From NCBI GenBank assembly GCA_973895155.1, contig OZ316892.1:3475223-3539222 (forward strand): a DNA stretch of 64,000 nt, given 5' to 3'. The DNA comes from Marsupella aquatica. Its lineage: Eukaryota > Plantae > Marchantiophyta. A program made the translations under genes and the position numbers. Under the pieces are notes generated by a model, which searched no databases, was not told the origin of the DNA, and saw only the letters and a list, made by a program, of their open reading frames with translations. Of the stretch, positions 47,801 through 64,000 are shown in pieces (the stretch's first letter is position 1; every line of letters begins with the position of its first letter).

Positions 47801-50491
47801 GTATTGGTTCAGGTCTAGACAAACAGAGATCTTCAGAAATGGACGAAGAGCTCTCCTCTGCAAAGAAAAGGATAAAGGAGCTGGAGACTGTCGCCGCGTC
47901 TCGTCAGAAAGAGGTATGCATTTAAGTCGCTTTCGTTCGCAGGAATGACAATGTTTTCTGCCAGAAGTACTACAAACTGTCAGTTATCCTTTCCTAATTT
48001 TTTTGTTTGGGACTACGGCACAATGGCACGATGAAAGTCATCACGATTCTTTCGTGGTTTTTATCCAGGTGTTCATGCTGAACACGAAACTTGCCGAGGC
48101 AGAGAGTATGACGCATGATGTAGTCAGAGATCTTCTCGGAGTCAAAATGGACATTGCCAGCTACGCTGTAAGTTGCCAGGGTTTTATTGGCTATAACCGT
48201 GTTGTCGGATTTCTGTTCTTTTATGCTCTGTACACCGTAATTGCCTCATTGTGAAGTTTGAGGATTGTAATGAGTATGTCCTTCTCAACTATTTCATCTT
48301 GGGACAGACTGTACTTGTTTTCTTGGTCAAGGTTTGTCCGTCTGACAGTCCCGGGTTGGCTTTTGGGGGCCCTCGATTTCATTCATAGCTAGAATTCCCT
48401 CTAATGCCCTCTGCATTTGTCAACCTTGGCAGACACTGCTAAACCAGCAGCAAGTTCAACAGATAACTGAGAAGGCCAGGCGTCGCACAATGGATGCTCA
48501 GCAGAAGGTCTGCAGAGGGGCACTCCACAACTTTCGAGTTTCAGTTTTTTGTTGCTGAGCGGAGTTTTCCCCCGCGTGTGAAACTTATCTGGTGTTATGA
48601 CCTGTCTGCAGGAAGACGAGCTGGATACACTGAGAGATAGATTAAATGAATTTATTGAAGAGCGAGAGAGGTACGGTTGTTCTTCTAAATCTAGCAGGCT
48701 CATAGTATGCTTTTTGAACTCGTTTGAATAAATTTCTCATATTCGTTGAATACCACCCAGTAAGGAGTTCATCGAGGGATTATGGATCTTACTATGCCGA
48801 CCACTTTCTCTCAGCATCCCACTTGCATCTCCTTATTCTTTCAGAGGCTTGAGTACATCACCCTTACAAGTTCGCACATAACAAAGCTGAAAATGTCATT
48901 ATGCAATGATAGTTGAGATTGCTCGATTTTAGAGGTTAAAATGATCCTATATTTCAGATTTTCCTGAGTTCGTTGGTTTGGACACTCTACTGAAAAGGTT
49001 TGAAAATGTTCCGGCATGGTTTGTTCATTTCGTTGCAGCTGGCTAGAAGAGATAAATCGCAGACAGGCCGAGGCTGTTGCTGCTCGGGTCTCGGTTGAGA
49101 AACTTCGTTTGAGGGACGAGACCCTCACCGCAGAGAATGACAGATTTCGGGTAAGTCGTACAGAAATATGGAAATAGCATGTGCTGGGAAAGGATGACTT
49201 CTGATGACCCCGACAATTTTGAGTAAGGAAATATCATATGCTGGGGTAGGATGACTTCTGATGACCCCGGCAATTGTGCTTGTGTGGTCGGGAATACAGG
49301 AGGACAATCACGCTCTACGGAAGAAAGTCGCAGATCTTGATGACGAGATAAAAAAGCTCTCTGGGCAGCAAAACTTGCAGCAGCGAATTCATCATCATGC
49401 CAAGATAAAGGTTGATCCAGATTTCTGTATAATTTGGCACTTCTGCAAATGCTTTACGCCAATGTTTCTGTGAGTGTTTCCCGCAGCAACAACTGCTCAC
49501 ATTTACGAGATGTTCTGTTGTCTACAGGAGGAGAACAACTCTATCAGAGTTCAAAATGAGGATCTCAGTGGTAAACTTCGGCGGATGGAGATATTGTTTA
49601 CTCGTGTAAATGATGAGCTTGCACGGTATCGGACTGCTGATGGGAAGAGTCCATTCCTGAATTTTGACGAAGAAGCCAGAGTGCAAAAAAAGCTTCAGGT
49701 GTCAATCCAGTGGACAAGTCCACTTAATCCCCCATCCTCTCAGCTCCTTACTTGAAATTAATTCCTCTCAGTCGAATTGTTGCGCTTTACAGTTCTTAAC
49801 GTTTGTTTCGAGATTGGAATGCCCTCTCTGCACAACTGTCTTTGCTCAACCGAGTTTCGTGGAACATGACAGGAAACAGAAGAAAATAGGTTACAGCTGG
49901 CGGAAACCTTAATTGGGTTGTGTACAGGGATTATGCAGGTATGCTTATGAGATTTTTTGTTGTGCTATTGTTCCGCCTCGCTAGGTCATGGCCTAAGTTG
50001 TGTTCTGAGAGTCCGTTAGAGCCTTGAAACCGAAAGACGATCAGTAGACGATCATCTTTGGAACGAGTGGGATTGAGTCTTGACATTTTGTCAAATCTAC
50101 ATTGGTGAGAGCAGGCTGCTGGCATTCAAAGGGCGTCCAGAGATCTTGATCCATCTGCAGCGATGATGGCTCTCCACCAGCTCCAAGATCGGCTGGAATC
50201 TTTGGAGAGAGAACTTTCCGACTGTAAACTGAAGGTACACGATATGTTCCCTGGATTGATCCTTCTTGTAATTTCGATTCTCTCGGCTCTTTTGCAAGGT
50301 CTGCCATCCAGCAGGGTGATTGATTTCATGAGACTCACATGGTGTATTTACGTGATCAGGCACGAATTGCAGTTGAGAAGCGACGGCTTTCTGATCTGCG
50401 GGACTTTCATACCCCAGTGAAGGCAATTTGTACCAATACCAACTTTACAGCTAACCAGCAGTTACCCAGTCCAGATTCCTCATCACGATAG
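29854..50491 (+). CDS. POK: Kinesin-12, phragmoplast-orienting kinesin (POK1/POK2-like), multi-exon, ~4,500 aa
   Basis: Exon 1 ends [16 protein letters not shown]. Motor motifs VIIRTRP, FTFDHVA, FAYGQ|[63 protein letters not shown]. Kinesin-12 neck [11 protein letters not shown]. Giant exon 37398-46544. POK tail [50 protein letters not shown]. Stop TAG at 50489-50491. An alternative upstream ATG lies at 29704. Confidence 0.93.
37602..39002 (+). repeat. Six in-frame tandem copies of a 234-bp (78-aa) coiled-coil unit inside the kinesin
   Basis: Units begin TQLQLE(L/V)DSMEE at 37602, 37836 and onward. The copies are near-identical; copy 5 lacks one codon. Confidence 0.95.
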
Positions 50492-51159
50492 ATATATTTC
50501 TTGCGTGTAAAGAAGCGCAAGAAACTCTTGGTTGGTACTCAGTTTGACAATTGCACATTGGAAAGTTTCCATAACCTGTACACTATCTAGGGAAGTCATT
50601 GGTATAGTAATGGAATGTAGTCTTTGTCAAGTCTTCGAGACAGAGAACCTTTGTACAATATTCTTTTGTACATTGTTCATATTTAATATATTGAAGAATG
50701 GGTGGCTTCGTTCAGGTCGTCCTTTAAAAGATCCAAACATCATCAATCATAGACGTCCTTCTAAACTCGTTAATATCTTCTGTTCTGCGAGGATAGAACT
50801 AGTCATGTCTTGTTCTGAGAGGATGCCGATGTTTTCAGGAATGAATGTTATGCATTTACCACATAATCTGAACGATTTCCATTAGTGTTTCTGCTCACTT
50901 CGGTTTGGCTGCTTCAGCTATGCGCACCATTAAGGTCTGTCATCGTGCGAACACCTACAGGAAGCGATTTCACTAAAAGAAGGAATAAAACTTGCTAGCT
51001 ACGGTCTGAGCACTCTCAGCGTTTACGGCCCATGCACCATCCCAGAGTCCCAAACTGTAAAGAATGACACATCTAAATCTGGTACGAATGAGAGGATGGT
51101 AAGACTGTTTATGTAATCTACTCCATTGATTTCGGACCATATATTCGCACTATATTCCA

Positions 51160-51630
51160 AGACAGCCATTAGATTCTGGAAAAGAGGCTCTTTGCCAAAA
51201 GTGGCTGAGGCTTCTGGCAAATTTTTGCCATTAACAAAACGTACACAAAATGAAGGTCCCTCCCGGTGTATTTTTTTGTGTTTAGCCCGTATGGTCAATG
51301 TCTCCATCTCTTAGGGAGTACATGGTCGTTTGGTTGACTTTCAGATATAGCTAGATTTACGGACCTCCATTAGATTCTGGCAACTAGGGTCCAAACTAGG
51401 GTCCATGATTTGATGGTAAAGTGGCAAATGGTATACAAATAATCTTGCAAGATTTTGCCAAAGATGGGAAAACACTTTTGGAGGGCGGCGTGAATATATT
51501 TTATCAATTTTTCCTGACTTACATGCTGACCATCAGATTTAAGGACCACCGTTAGATTCTGGCGAATGGGATCTATGATTTGATGGGAAAGTGACAAATG
51601 GTATACAAAGAATCTAGCAAGTTTTTGGGG
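51160..51630. repeat. Diverged ~180-200-bp repeats, probable TE remnant between the kinesin and ALDH genes
   Basis: CC(A/G)TTAGATTCTGG at ~51166, 51367 and 51549. The last two copies share ATGATTTGATGG.AAAGTG.CAAATGGTATACAAA.AATCT.GCAAG. Confidence 0.55.
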
Positions 51631-52850
51631 AGTTGTGATTTGGCAAAACTTTGCACCAAAAAAATACTCTAGTTAAAATTCCATGAAGTCCCTCACGCCA
51701 TGATCAAGGTCAGCGAACAGCCTTTCGAGGGTCGAAATCGACGGTCAGAATGTTGATATCATCCGTAGGGGGGCAATCTCGATCGTCGATCATCAGTGAT
51801 CGCGTGAAGTAGAGGTAAACAGAAAACCTCCAATCTCGGCACTTTGAATTCAGCACGTTAGGAATCGTTAGGAATCTTGATGGGGGTCTTAGACAGGGGA
51901 ACGAACGATTCGCAATGGGAAAGGAACCAAAAAGAGAGCATCTCCGAACCGGACGATGGTGGGCGATGGATGGCGATGGTTCCCACCAGGCGAGGATTTC
52001 ACGGTGTCTGCTCCTTCGTCTTTGTCATCTGGGCGAGATCCATGAGGAAAGAGATGCGTGATCGACTGGGTTTCTCTGTGCAATTGAATTGCAGGGAGGA
52101 GATACAGGATTGGAAACTGAATGACTAAATGAGCTTAGACATGAATGAGCAGCAGAATTGAGGATCAATTTGTTTCTTCCGTCCACGGACTGAGGGATAA
52201 CAAAGGTGAGACAGGTACAGCAGTGGCTGAGCTTGGAATGCTTGCTGGTTGGGAAATTCTCGTCTGGTGCAATGGCGATTGCTGGAAGGTAAGCAGTGGG
52301 TAGCGTTTTGTTTGATCTTGCATGGGCGGATTCAGAGTGGAGCAGAATGATTGAGAGTTTTGTTGTTCATGAAGAGAATTGAGTGATTCAAAGGATTCAA
52401 AGGATTCAAAGGGCGGTGCGGCAGTTCCTTTGTTTTGTGTCGACCGGGGGTGAAGAGAATTTTGCTAGTGGAGTGAAATCAGTGTCTGGTGGTGGAGCCA
52501 GAGCCATCATTTTGATTGAAGAGAGAGTAATTGGCACTGCAGTCTGCAGGTGGAGTGTGATGCATGTCTAGTATGGTCATCGTCCTAAACATTTGACAAT
52601 TCTCTTGGAAGGGGGCAGACAGGATGACATTTGAGTTGGAAAGGAGATCGAAGAAAGTATCAATTGGGAATAGCAAATTACCCGAACAGGGAAGGTCGTG
52701 CTGGAAGTACATCTGAGGATCGGTGAGGAAAAGAATCAAATGACCTTTGGCAGATTTTGGAGACAGAATAATTTGGTGACTTGCTCATTGGAGAGAGTTT
52801 GTGGAGGATTCAGCTCTGGTGCAGCAGGAGTGCTATTGTCACACGCCACG

Positions 52851-58067
<5,217 letters not shown>

Positions 58068-61000
58068 CCATTCAGAATGTGTCACAGCTTACGTGCTGTA
58101 AGATCTGAGCAGCTGAGATCGAACCTTCAAAAGGTAGGTCTATGTGGAATAGTGTAGGATTAGTGTACCATACGATATGCAAACAGAATGCTTCTAACAA
58201 ATCAATTTCATTTTGCTTGACTGCTTTTCTTCTGGGATCTGTGAGCATATTCGAGTAGAGGATGGAGAGAAACGAAACCAATCAGTCGTCTGTTCACGAC
58301 AACTTCTACCAAGCATAGAATGCAGAGTGTAAATTAAAATCTTGGTAATTTTGGGCCGTCTATCTGTAATATGGTTGGCTCAGATGGGAACATCCACAAA
58401 ATTGTGTAAAGTTTTCCAAAAAGCTATCACTACCTACGCTCCTTTTACCAGTAAGGAAAGGAATGGGATCTTCTGGCTGACCCCAGGGAAGGGGGTAAGA
58501 TAAGCAGCTCGATAGGTTTGGAAAACACTCCCTACTCTGTTCTCATGACCCAAATATTAAACCCATCTTCGTGACCCAAAATCAGCTTACTTCTTCTGCA
58601 ATATTCATAAGAGAATCATTTGTTGGAGTAATGTTTGAACAAGAGATTAATTGTCATAAGAGTGTCTCTCCCTAATCCAGAGTGTCTCTCCCTAATCCAG
58701 CTGCTTTATTTCTTTACATAACCCATGGGAAGCTCTTCCAAAATCCCTAGCACCACATGCAGTCACATTAGCGCCATTGATTACAAACAAGAAAAGGTTA
58801 TTGTGCTTCAAAAACCTTACTCAACTATTTGTGTTTGAGGCAAGGCAAAGAAAAGTAGTTAGACCTTGGAACAGGAAAAACAATGGAAATAAAATAACAC
58901 TTCAAATAAATAAAGAGGTAAAAGAAAATAACTTTTTGGATGGGTTGTCTTTATGCATCCCCTCCAGTGCCAAAATGTAAACTGATATGGTTATGCTGTG
59001 TTAAGCCATGGCCTGTAAGTGTGGGAGATAAAGCTTGGATAGAAGGGTATGGGAGGGAATGAATATATGGGGCAGAGGCTAGGGGGGATTTCTTTCAAAG
59101 CCCTGTCCATTTCAGCCTTTGCCTCTCAAACCACAACTATGTCCCCCAAAGCAAAACCTGGTAGGTCCAGTTCGCCATAATTAATAAAATATGTTCTTAG
59201 CAAAGTAAAACCATGTACAAAATGTGAATATTTTGTCCTCCCAATGCTCATGGGACATTGGAGGTTTAACATGGCTGTGTGAACTATCTTTAAATGGATC
59301 ACTTGAGAGGGGTGAACCCTCAAAACCTCCATCATTGAGATCCCAACCAATATGTGTGGGGACTTTTTGGAATGTCCGAGCTGGCAAGCAACGAGTCAAA
59401 CCAAGGCTCATCCTGGCTTCAGTTTCATGGTACTCACCCATGACAATTGGAAATGAATGAATGATTATGGCCAACCTCTGTGATTAGCAGATTGACAAAT
59501 TAAATTCCTTGGGCGATTTCGTCCACAGTCTCCAGTGAAGTAACTCTAGGTCCACTTTGATCCACGCTCTGAACGAGGTATGGGTCTCATCGGTTGTGAA
59601 GATGGACGATCTTAAAAATCCCCTGTAGATCCGGCTGGGATTTTGATTTTGATCGTGGATATGAATCCAACTAAGGACGATGAGACTCGAGAAGTGACAG
59701 AGATGGCAGGAAGTCACGGCCATGGCATGGCTGGAAACAATTGAGCTGAAGGATTACGGCTACCGGTAGACATTTTCCAAGGACTCCTAACTCTCGGGCT
59801 CCACCACGCTTTGATGTGCAGGGGAGTGTACAGTAGTGCGATGCTGGATGATCCTTGAAATCCAAAAAGAAACACAGAATAGGAAACAGTGCCGTCGAGT
59901 CGACTCCGGTTAGTCTCAGCTTTCAAATCCATCCATGGCGAGTCTCTGCAGATCAGCTGCCTTGTTGCTGCCTTCTGCTCTTCCGTGCTCCAGACATCTT
60001 GTGGGTGCGTCATCTGGTAATGCTATTCAGGTGGGTTTCCGATCCTAGTCGGTCTTTCTCTCTCTCTCTCTCTAGGCGGATGTGAGCGTGTGGAAGGTTG
60101 ATTGCTTGGTGTAACCACTGATTGAACAATTTCTTTCGTAGAATGGAAAATTCGAAGTTTGTTGATTCCCTCTGGTGCATCCAAGCTGGTGTCACCATTC
60201 TTCGCACTTGAAATGCATTGTACCACCTCCGTTCGTGCTCCTGAATGGCACACATTGTCTGTGCTGTGAATGGCCAAGAAAATTGAGCGATCTATTTTCC
60301 GTCCTCTTACTCCAATTATTTAGCAAACTCAATGTATGACGTATGCGTTACATTTCCTGGGCTGGGTGAAAGAAGGCTGAGAGTTTTCCTGTGCAGATGG
60401 ATTGTCAATTGTCCGTCTGCGCTTTACTCTCTTTAGGCCTGCTGATGCGGCCTTTCGATAATTTTCCGTTCATCGGCTGATAAATTCATTCCCTTCATTC
60501 TAGCTCGTTTCTCGAAGAATTCCCCTGGTCTTGGAGATTCATTCATCTTCCTTCAGATGTAGGACCGTTCTGGGTGATCATATATACTTCAGTTTGAAGT
60601 TCAAACTGTGTCCACCGTCGAAATACGTTCCCTGAATGGTTCTATACAATGCTTGAGGCAATGATGGCCACTCGTGTGTTTTGTGGTGGACGAGTACTTC
60701 ATTTTGATTCCAGATCTTCTTGGCACAAACTGCATGCTTTCAGGAGCTTAGTGCAGGCAGGCACGGATGCTATTCAACATCTTGGCATGGATACAAGATG
60801 CAAAGATTGCGGATATGTGCCATGGCAAAGGGACCACCCAAACAAGGCCGAGGCTATGACTCGCGAAAGGCGTCAGTGGGTGGAGTTCGAAAGCGTATGA
60901 GTAATAAGGAGTTGGATCAAGATGGATGGGTACAGGTAATGCATAAGTGACCTAGTTTCGTGCAAAAGATTTGGTGTATTCGTCTGCTTTGATTTGACGC

Positions 61001-62454
61001 AGTAGCATACTGTCTGCAGGACTTCTACATTTTCACACTAGTTTCCCAATTGTAACATTGTCTGACCCTGGATTCTGTGGGATGGAACTTCACAGTCTAA
61101 TTTTGATAGAAATCTCCAGAAATAGTATTTCAGAATCTGCCTTTGGTTGTTGAGTACAGTTCAGATGCTCTTTACGCTGTCTCCTTAATCAATCGAAAGA
61201 AAACATTGAGCATAGTTTGGCTTGTTCTTTGGTTCCTTACGTTGTACGCAAGATTACTGCTGCATGTACTATCCTAATTTGATAGAGCGTGCGTTGGAAA
61301 GTGTTACAAGGTATCTTAGTTCGTTGTTCCTGTGTGAAAAATGATTCTGAGAGGTCATGCACGCTGATTGGTTATGACAGGTTGCAGTTGCGGATGAGCT
61401 GATTGAGGGTAAGAACAAAGCCATCATTCATGACAACACAGGGTACACCTGGAACCATTCTCAATTATTTAGAACTTTTTAAGTCTACTGTTTCATGTGA
61501 CAGCAGTTATCGTACATGCACTCGTCATTCTTTCATTCCTCTCGTTCCTAGTGTGACAAAGGTAAGATATGTTTGGCAGCATAGCAGCATTTCTAAATCC
61601 TTTTCGAATATCTGTCGCGCGTCCGCTATTCCCTTAAGATCAGCACTTTCGATGATTCATAATGGCATGTCCATGGATTTTAGGGAGAGTGATAGTAATC
61701 TAACATGAGCCGTAACACCATCAATATCAGATACGTGATAGTCAACCGGGACACATCATTGTATACCATCAAAGCCAACTGCACTTCCTGCCAATTTCCT
61801 GTGGTGGACGGCAAGGTGACTTTCCTAAAGATTGACACCAGCATCTCTGCTTTTAATCACTTCCCAAATTTGAGCATTCAGTTTTTATGTGCATTTATGA
61901 TGGGTTGTAATAATCCTGAGTTTAATCTAATTCTGGAAGTAACTTCTGTCCGATCAGGTCGAAGATCAAAAAGACGGAGACAAGGAAGATCTCACTATTG
62001 ATTGCCCATTATGCCATACCAAGGTTTCTCTCATGGACGGTAAGGTGGTGGTTTGGTGTCCCAAAGATGGTCCACTTCAATGGATCGTGGGCTCTTTGAA
62101 AGAGAAAGCTGCACCTGTCCCCGCAAAGGTATGAATTTTTCTGTCGAATGGTATTCTTTAATGCTGTAATGTGAGACAGGTCTGTATGAGACAGAATACT
62201 TCTAAAGGTTTCAATCCTCCCTTGTTAGAACTATGAATGGTTTGTCGAACTTGAACGATTCCAGTTTAGAGCTTTGGACGATCAAGTCTTCAATGGTCTA
62301 AGGATGATGACTTTCTTGCAGGTCTATCAAACTCGTCAATCCAACTCAGGGCGAATATATGTGAAGTTTATGAGTATGACTGATCTCAGAATTCCCTGAT
62401 TAAGAATCTGAGTAAATTGTTTCCTTCATCGGTAATAGAGGAACGAAAGTTTCT

Positions 62455-63845
62455 AAGGTCAGGGCCTGTAGGTGGTGTGCGATTTGCATTCTTAGATATA
62501 CCCTGATGGTGGGGATTCAGTCGGGTCGTAAATTGCACAGTAAGACCAGGGTTGCAAGTATGGGTCCCTTGGGATCTCACCGAAATACGTTTGGTAGGTC
62601 GTGAAATTCATCCTGTAAAAGAGAACGAAAACGACAATAAATTTGTCTCAGATGAAGTCTCGCAATGCGATCTGAAGTCCTTGACATGCGACTGGAATTG
62701 TCTACCTTGTAGAAAATAAGCCGGATGACTGAAAAATTATTCTCTGGCGATATTTGTTGGACCTCAGTCCATATTTCTACACAAAGCCTTGATACATTCT
62801 TTTCATTGCTTGAGACCGTTAGACCCAAGACTGCGCAGGTTATCGACGCTCACTAACGAATTCAATCTAACACAGGCACAATTCTGAGGATGCTTTCACT
62901 ACATACAGCTCTCCCAAATGGAACTAGGACAGCCAGTAAAAGTGCCATAAGCGACATACAGCTCCCCAAAATGGAACAAGGACATCCGGTAACAGTGCCA
63001 CAAGCGTACAATGGACGATCACCATATACCCACTTCATTTCATTTTCGCTGTAAGCTTCTCCAAGAAGAGGCAGTCTGGAGTCCAAGCATCATCAGATCG
63101 GATTCTCAGCTGGCGAGTGTTCGCATTGCCGAAAGCGAAACTTGGCGTATCATGCTGCTCCTTGTCTTGTGGGTCACTGTTTTATGTCGGACAATTAATC
63201 ATGGTCGCAATCTACTTTTTGAACGTGGACACAAATAGACTTCAACTACTGTACATTGATAGCGTTCCGTGCCACTCCTGCAGCCTTTTGTAGCACATAC
63301 CTTGCGGATTGAGCAGATCCTTCGGCTGAAATAGACATTGCTCCAGAAATATCTAAACAATGTTCACAAAAGCTAGTTCAGGACAGACTGACCGAGTGCA
63401 AAGCGTTGGTGGTCAGCAGGCCAGAATCATATAAGCATATTACGCGCAGTAATCACATAAAATTTTATTTCGTAAACTTCCACGAAAACCAAAATGTCGT
63501 GAATGGTGTTCATGGAAATTTAAGACCTTCCAAAGTGAGACAAAAGCAGAGGTTGCAGAAGCCAAAGCGGAACCGGCAAGGAAGAAGGAAGAATCGCTGC
63601 AATCAAGGTGCACAATCGTTGAGATTGACCAATCAAATAGCACCCGTCCCGGACGCGTCGTTGTTTGAATTGTTGACCAAAAGAAGGCGATGCAGCGACT
63701 CAGAAGATCAGCGGAGACTGAGGCTTTAAGACAACAGTAGACCCAGAGGCACGTCAGGCATAGAGTCAATGCAGTGGTATACAGATGACAGAAATTGTCA
63801 GATCCAATGCAGGCGGAAGCCGATGCTGCTCTGTATCTGACGAGC
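62455..63845 (+). repeat. Dispersed repeat, copy 2; decayed coding-like (coiled-coil) sequence that may continue past the window end
   Basis: Collinear with 17695-19050. The plus strand reads ETKAEVAEAKAEPARKKEE..IVDQKKAMQRLRRSAETEALRQQ*TQRHVRHRVNAVVYR* with stops. Confidence 0.88.
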
Positions 63846-64000
63846 AACCAAACGGAGAAGGTCTGATGACAAGTAAATCTTATCACAGATTTCTGGTACC
63901 CAGAAATGAAACATGGAATCAGCAGTGTGCCGCTGAAGTAGGCATTTGATTCCAGGCATGATTTCAGTGTCTCTCCGCAGACCATGAAGGTATTTCCTCA

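Noticed and set aside
63440-63985. 181-aa minus-strand ORF
   Set aside because: It is the antisense shadow of the decayed plus-strand coding-like repeat and is not open at this length in copy 1.

Overview
Eukaryotic land-plant genomic DNA with GT-AG introns and methylation-decayed transposons; a bryophyte or liverwort-like source is an inference. From left to right: (1) 1-8426, the 3' part of a CACTA/En-Spm transposon (TnpD and TnpA-like ORFs, subterminal repeats, TIR). It is inserted into (2) a decayed minus-strand TE-like gene (C2H2-like finger, acidic repeats, possible Ulp1-like start), 8427-~11830. (3) A CpG-rich island with a diverged ~210-bp tandem array directly upstream of an intronless, stand-alone RNase HI that looks fungal. 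(4) An intron-containing HCF164 pseudogene whose intron holds one copy of a ~1.35-kb dispersed repeat; the second copy is at ~62.5-63.8 kb. (5) A Mutator-type MITE with a 9-bp TSD and other TE debris. (6) A very large POK-type kinesin-12 gene (~4,500 aa by hand estimate) with a 9.15-kb exon built from nested tandem duplications. (7) A probably plastid-targeted ALDH3 gene. (8) Decayed coding-like sequence at the right end. The best candidates for novelty are the RNase H plus array island and the repeat-expanded giant kinesin. All identifications come from motif recognition by eye; no searches were run.
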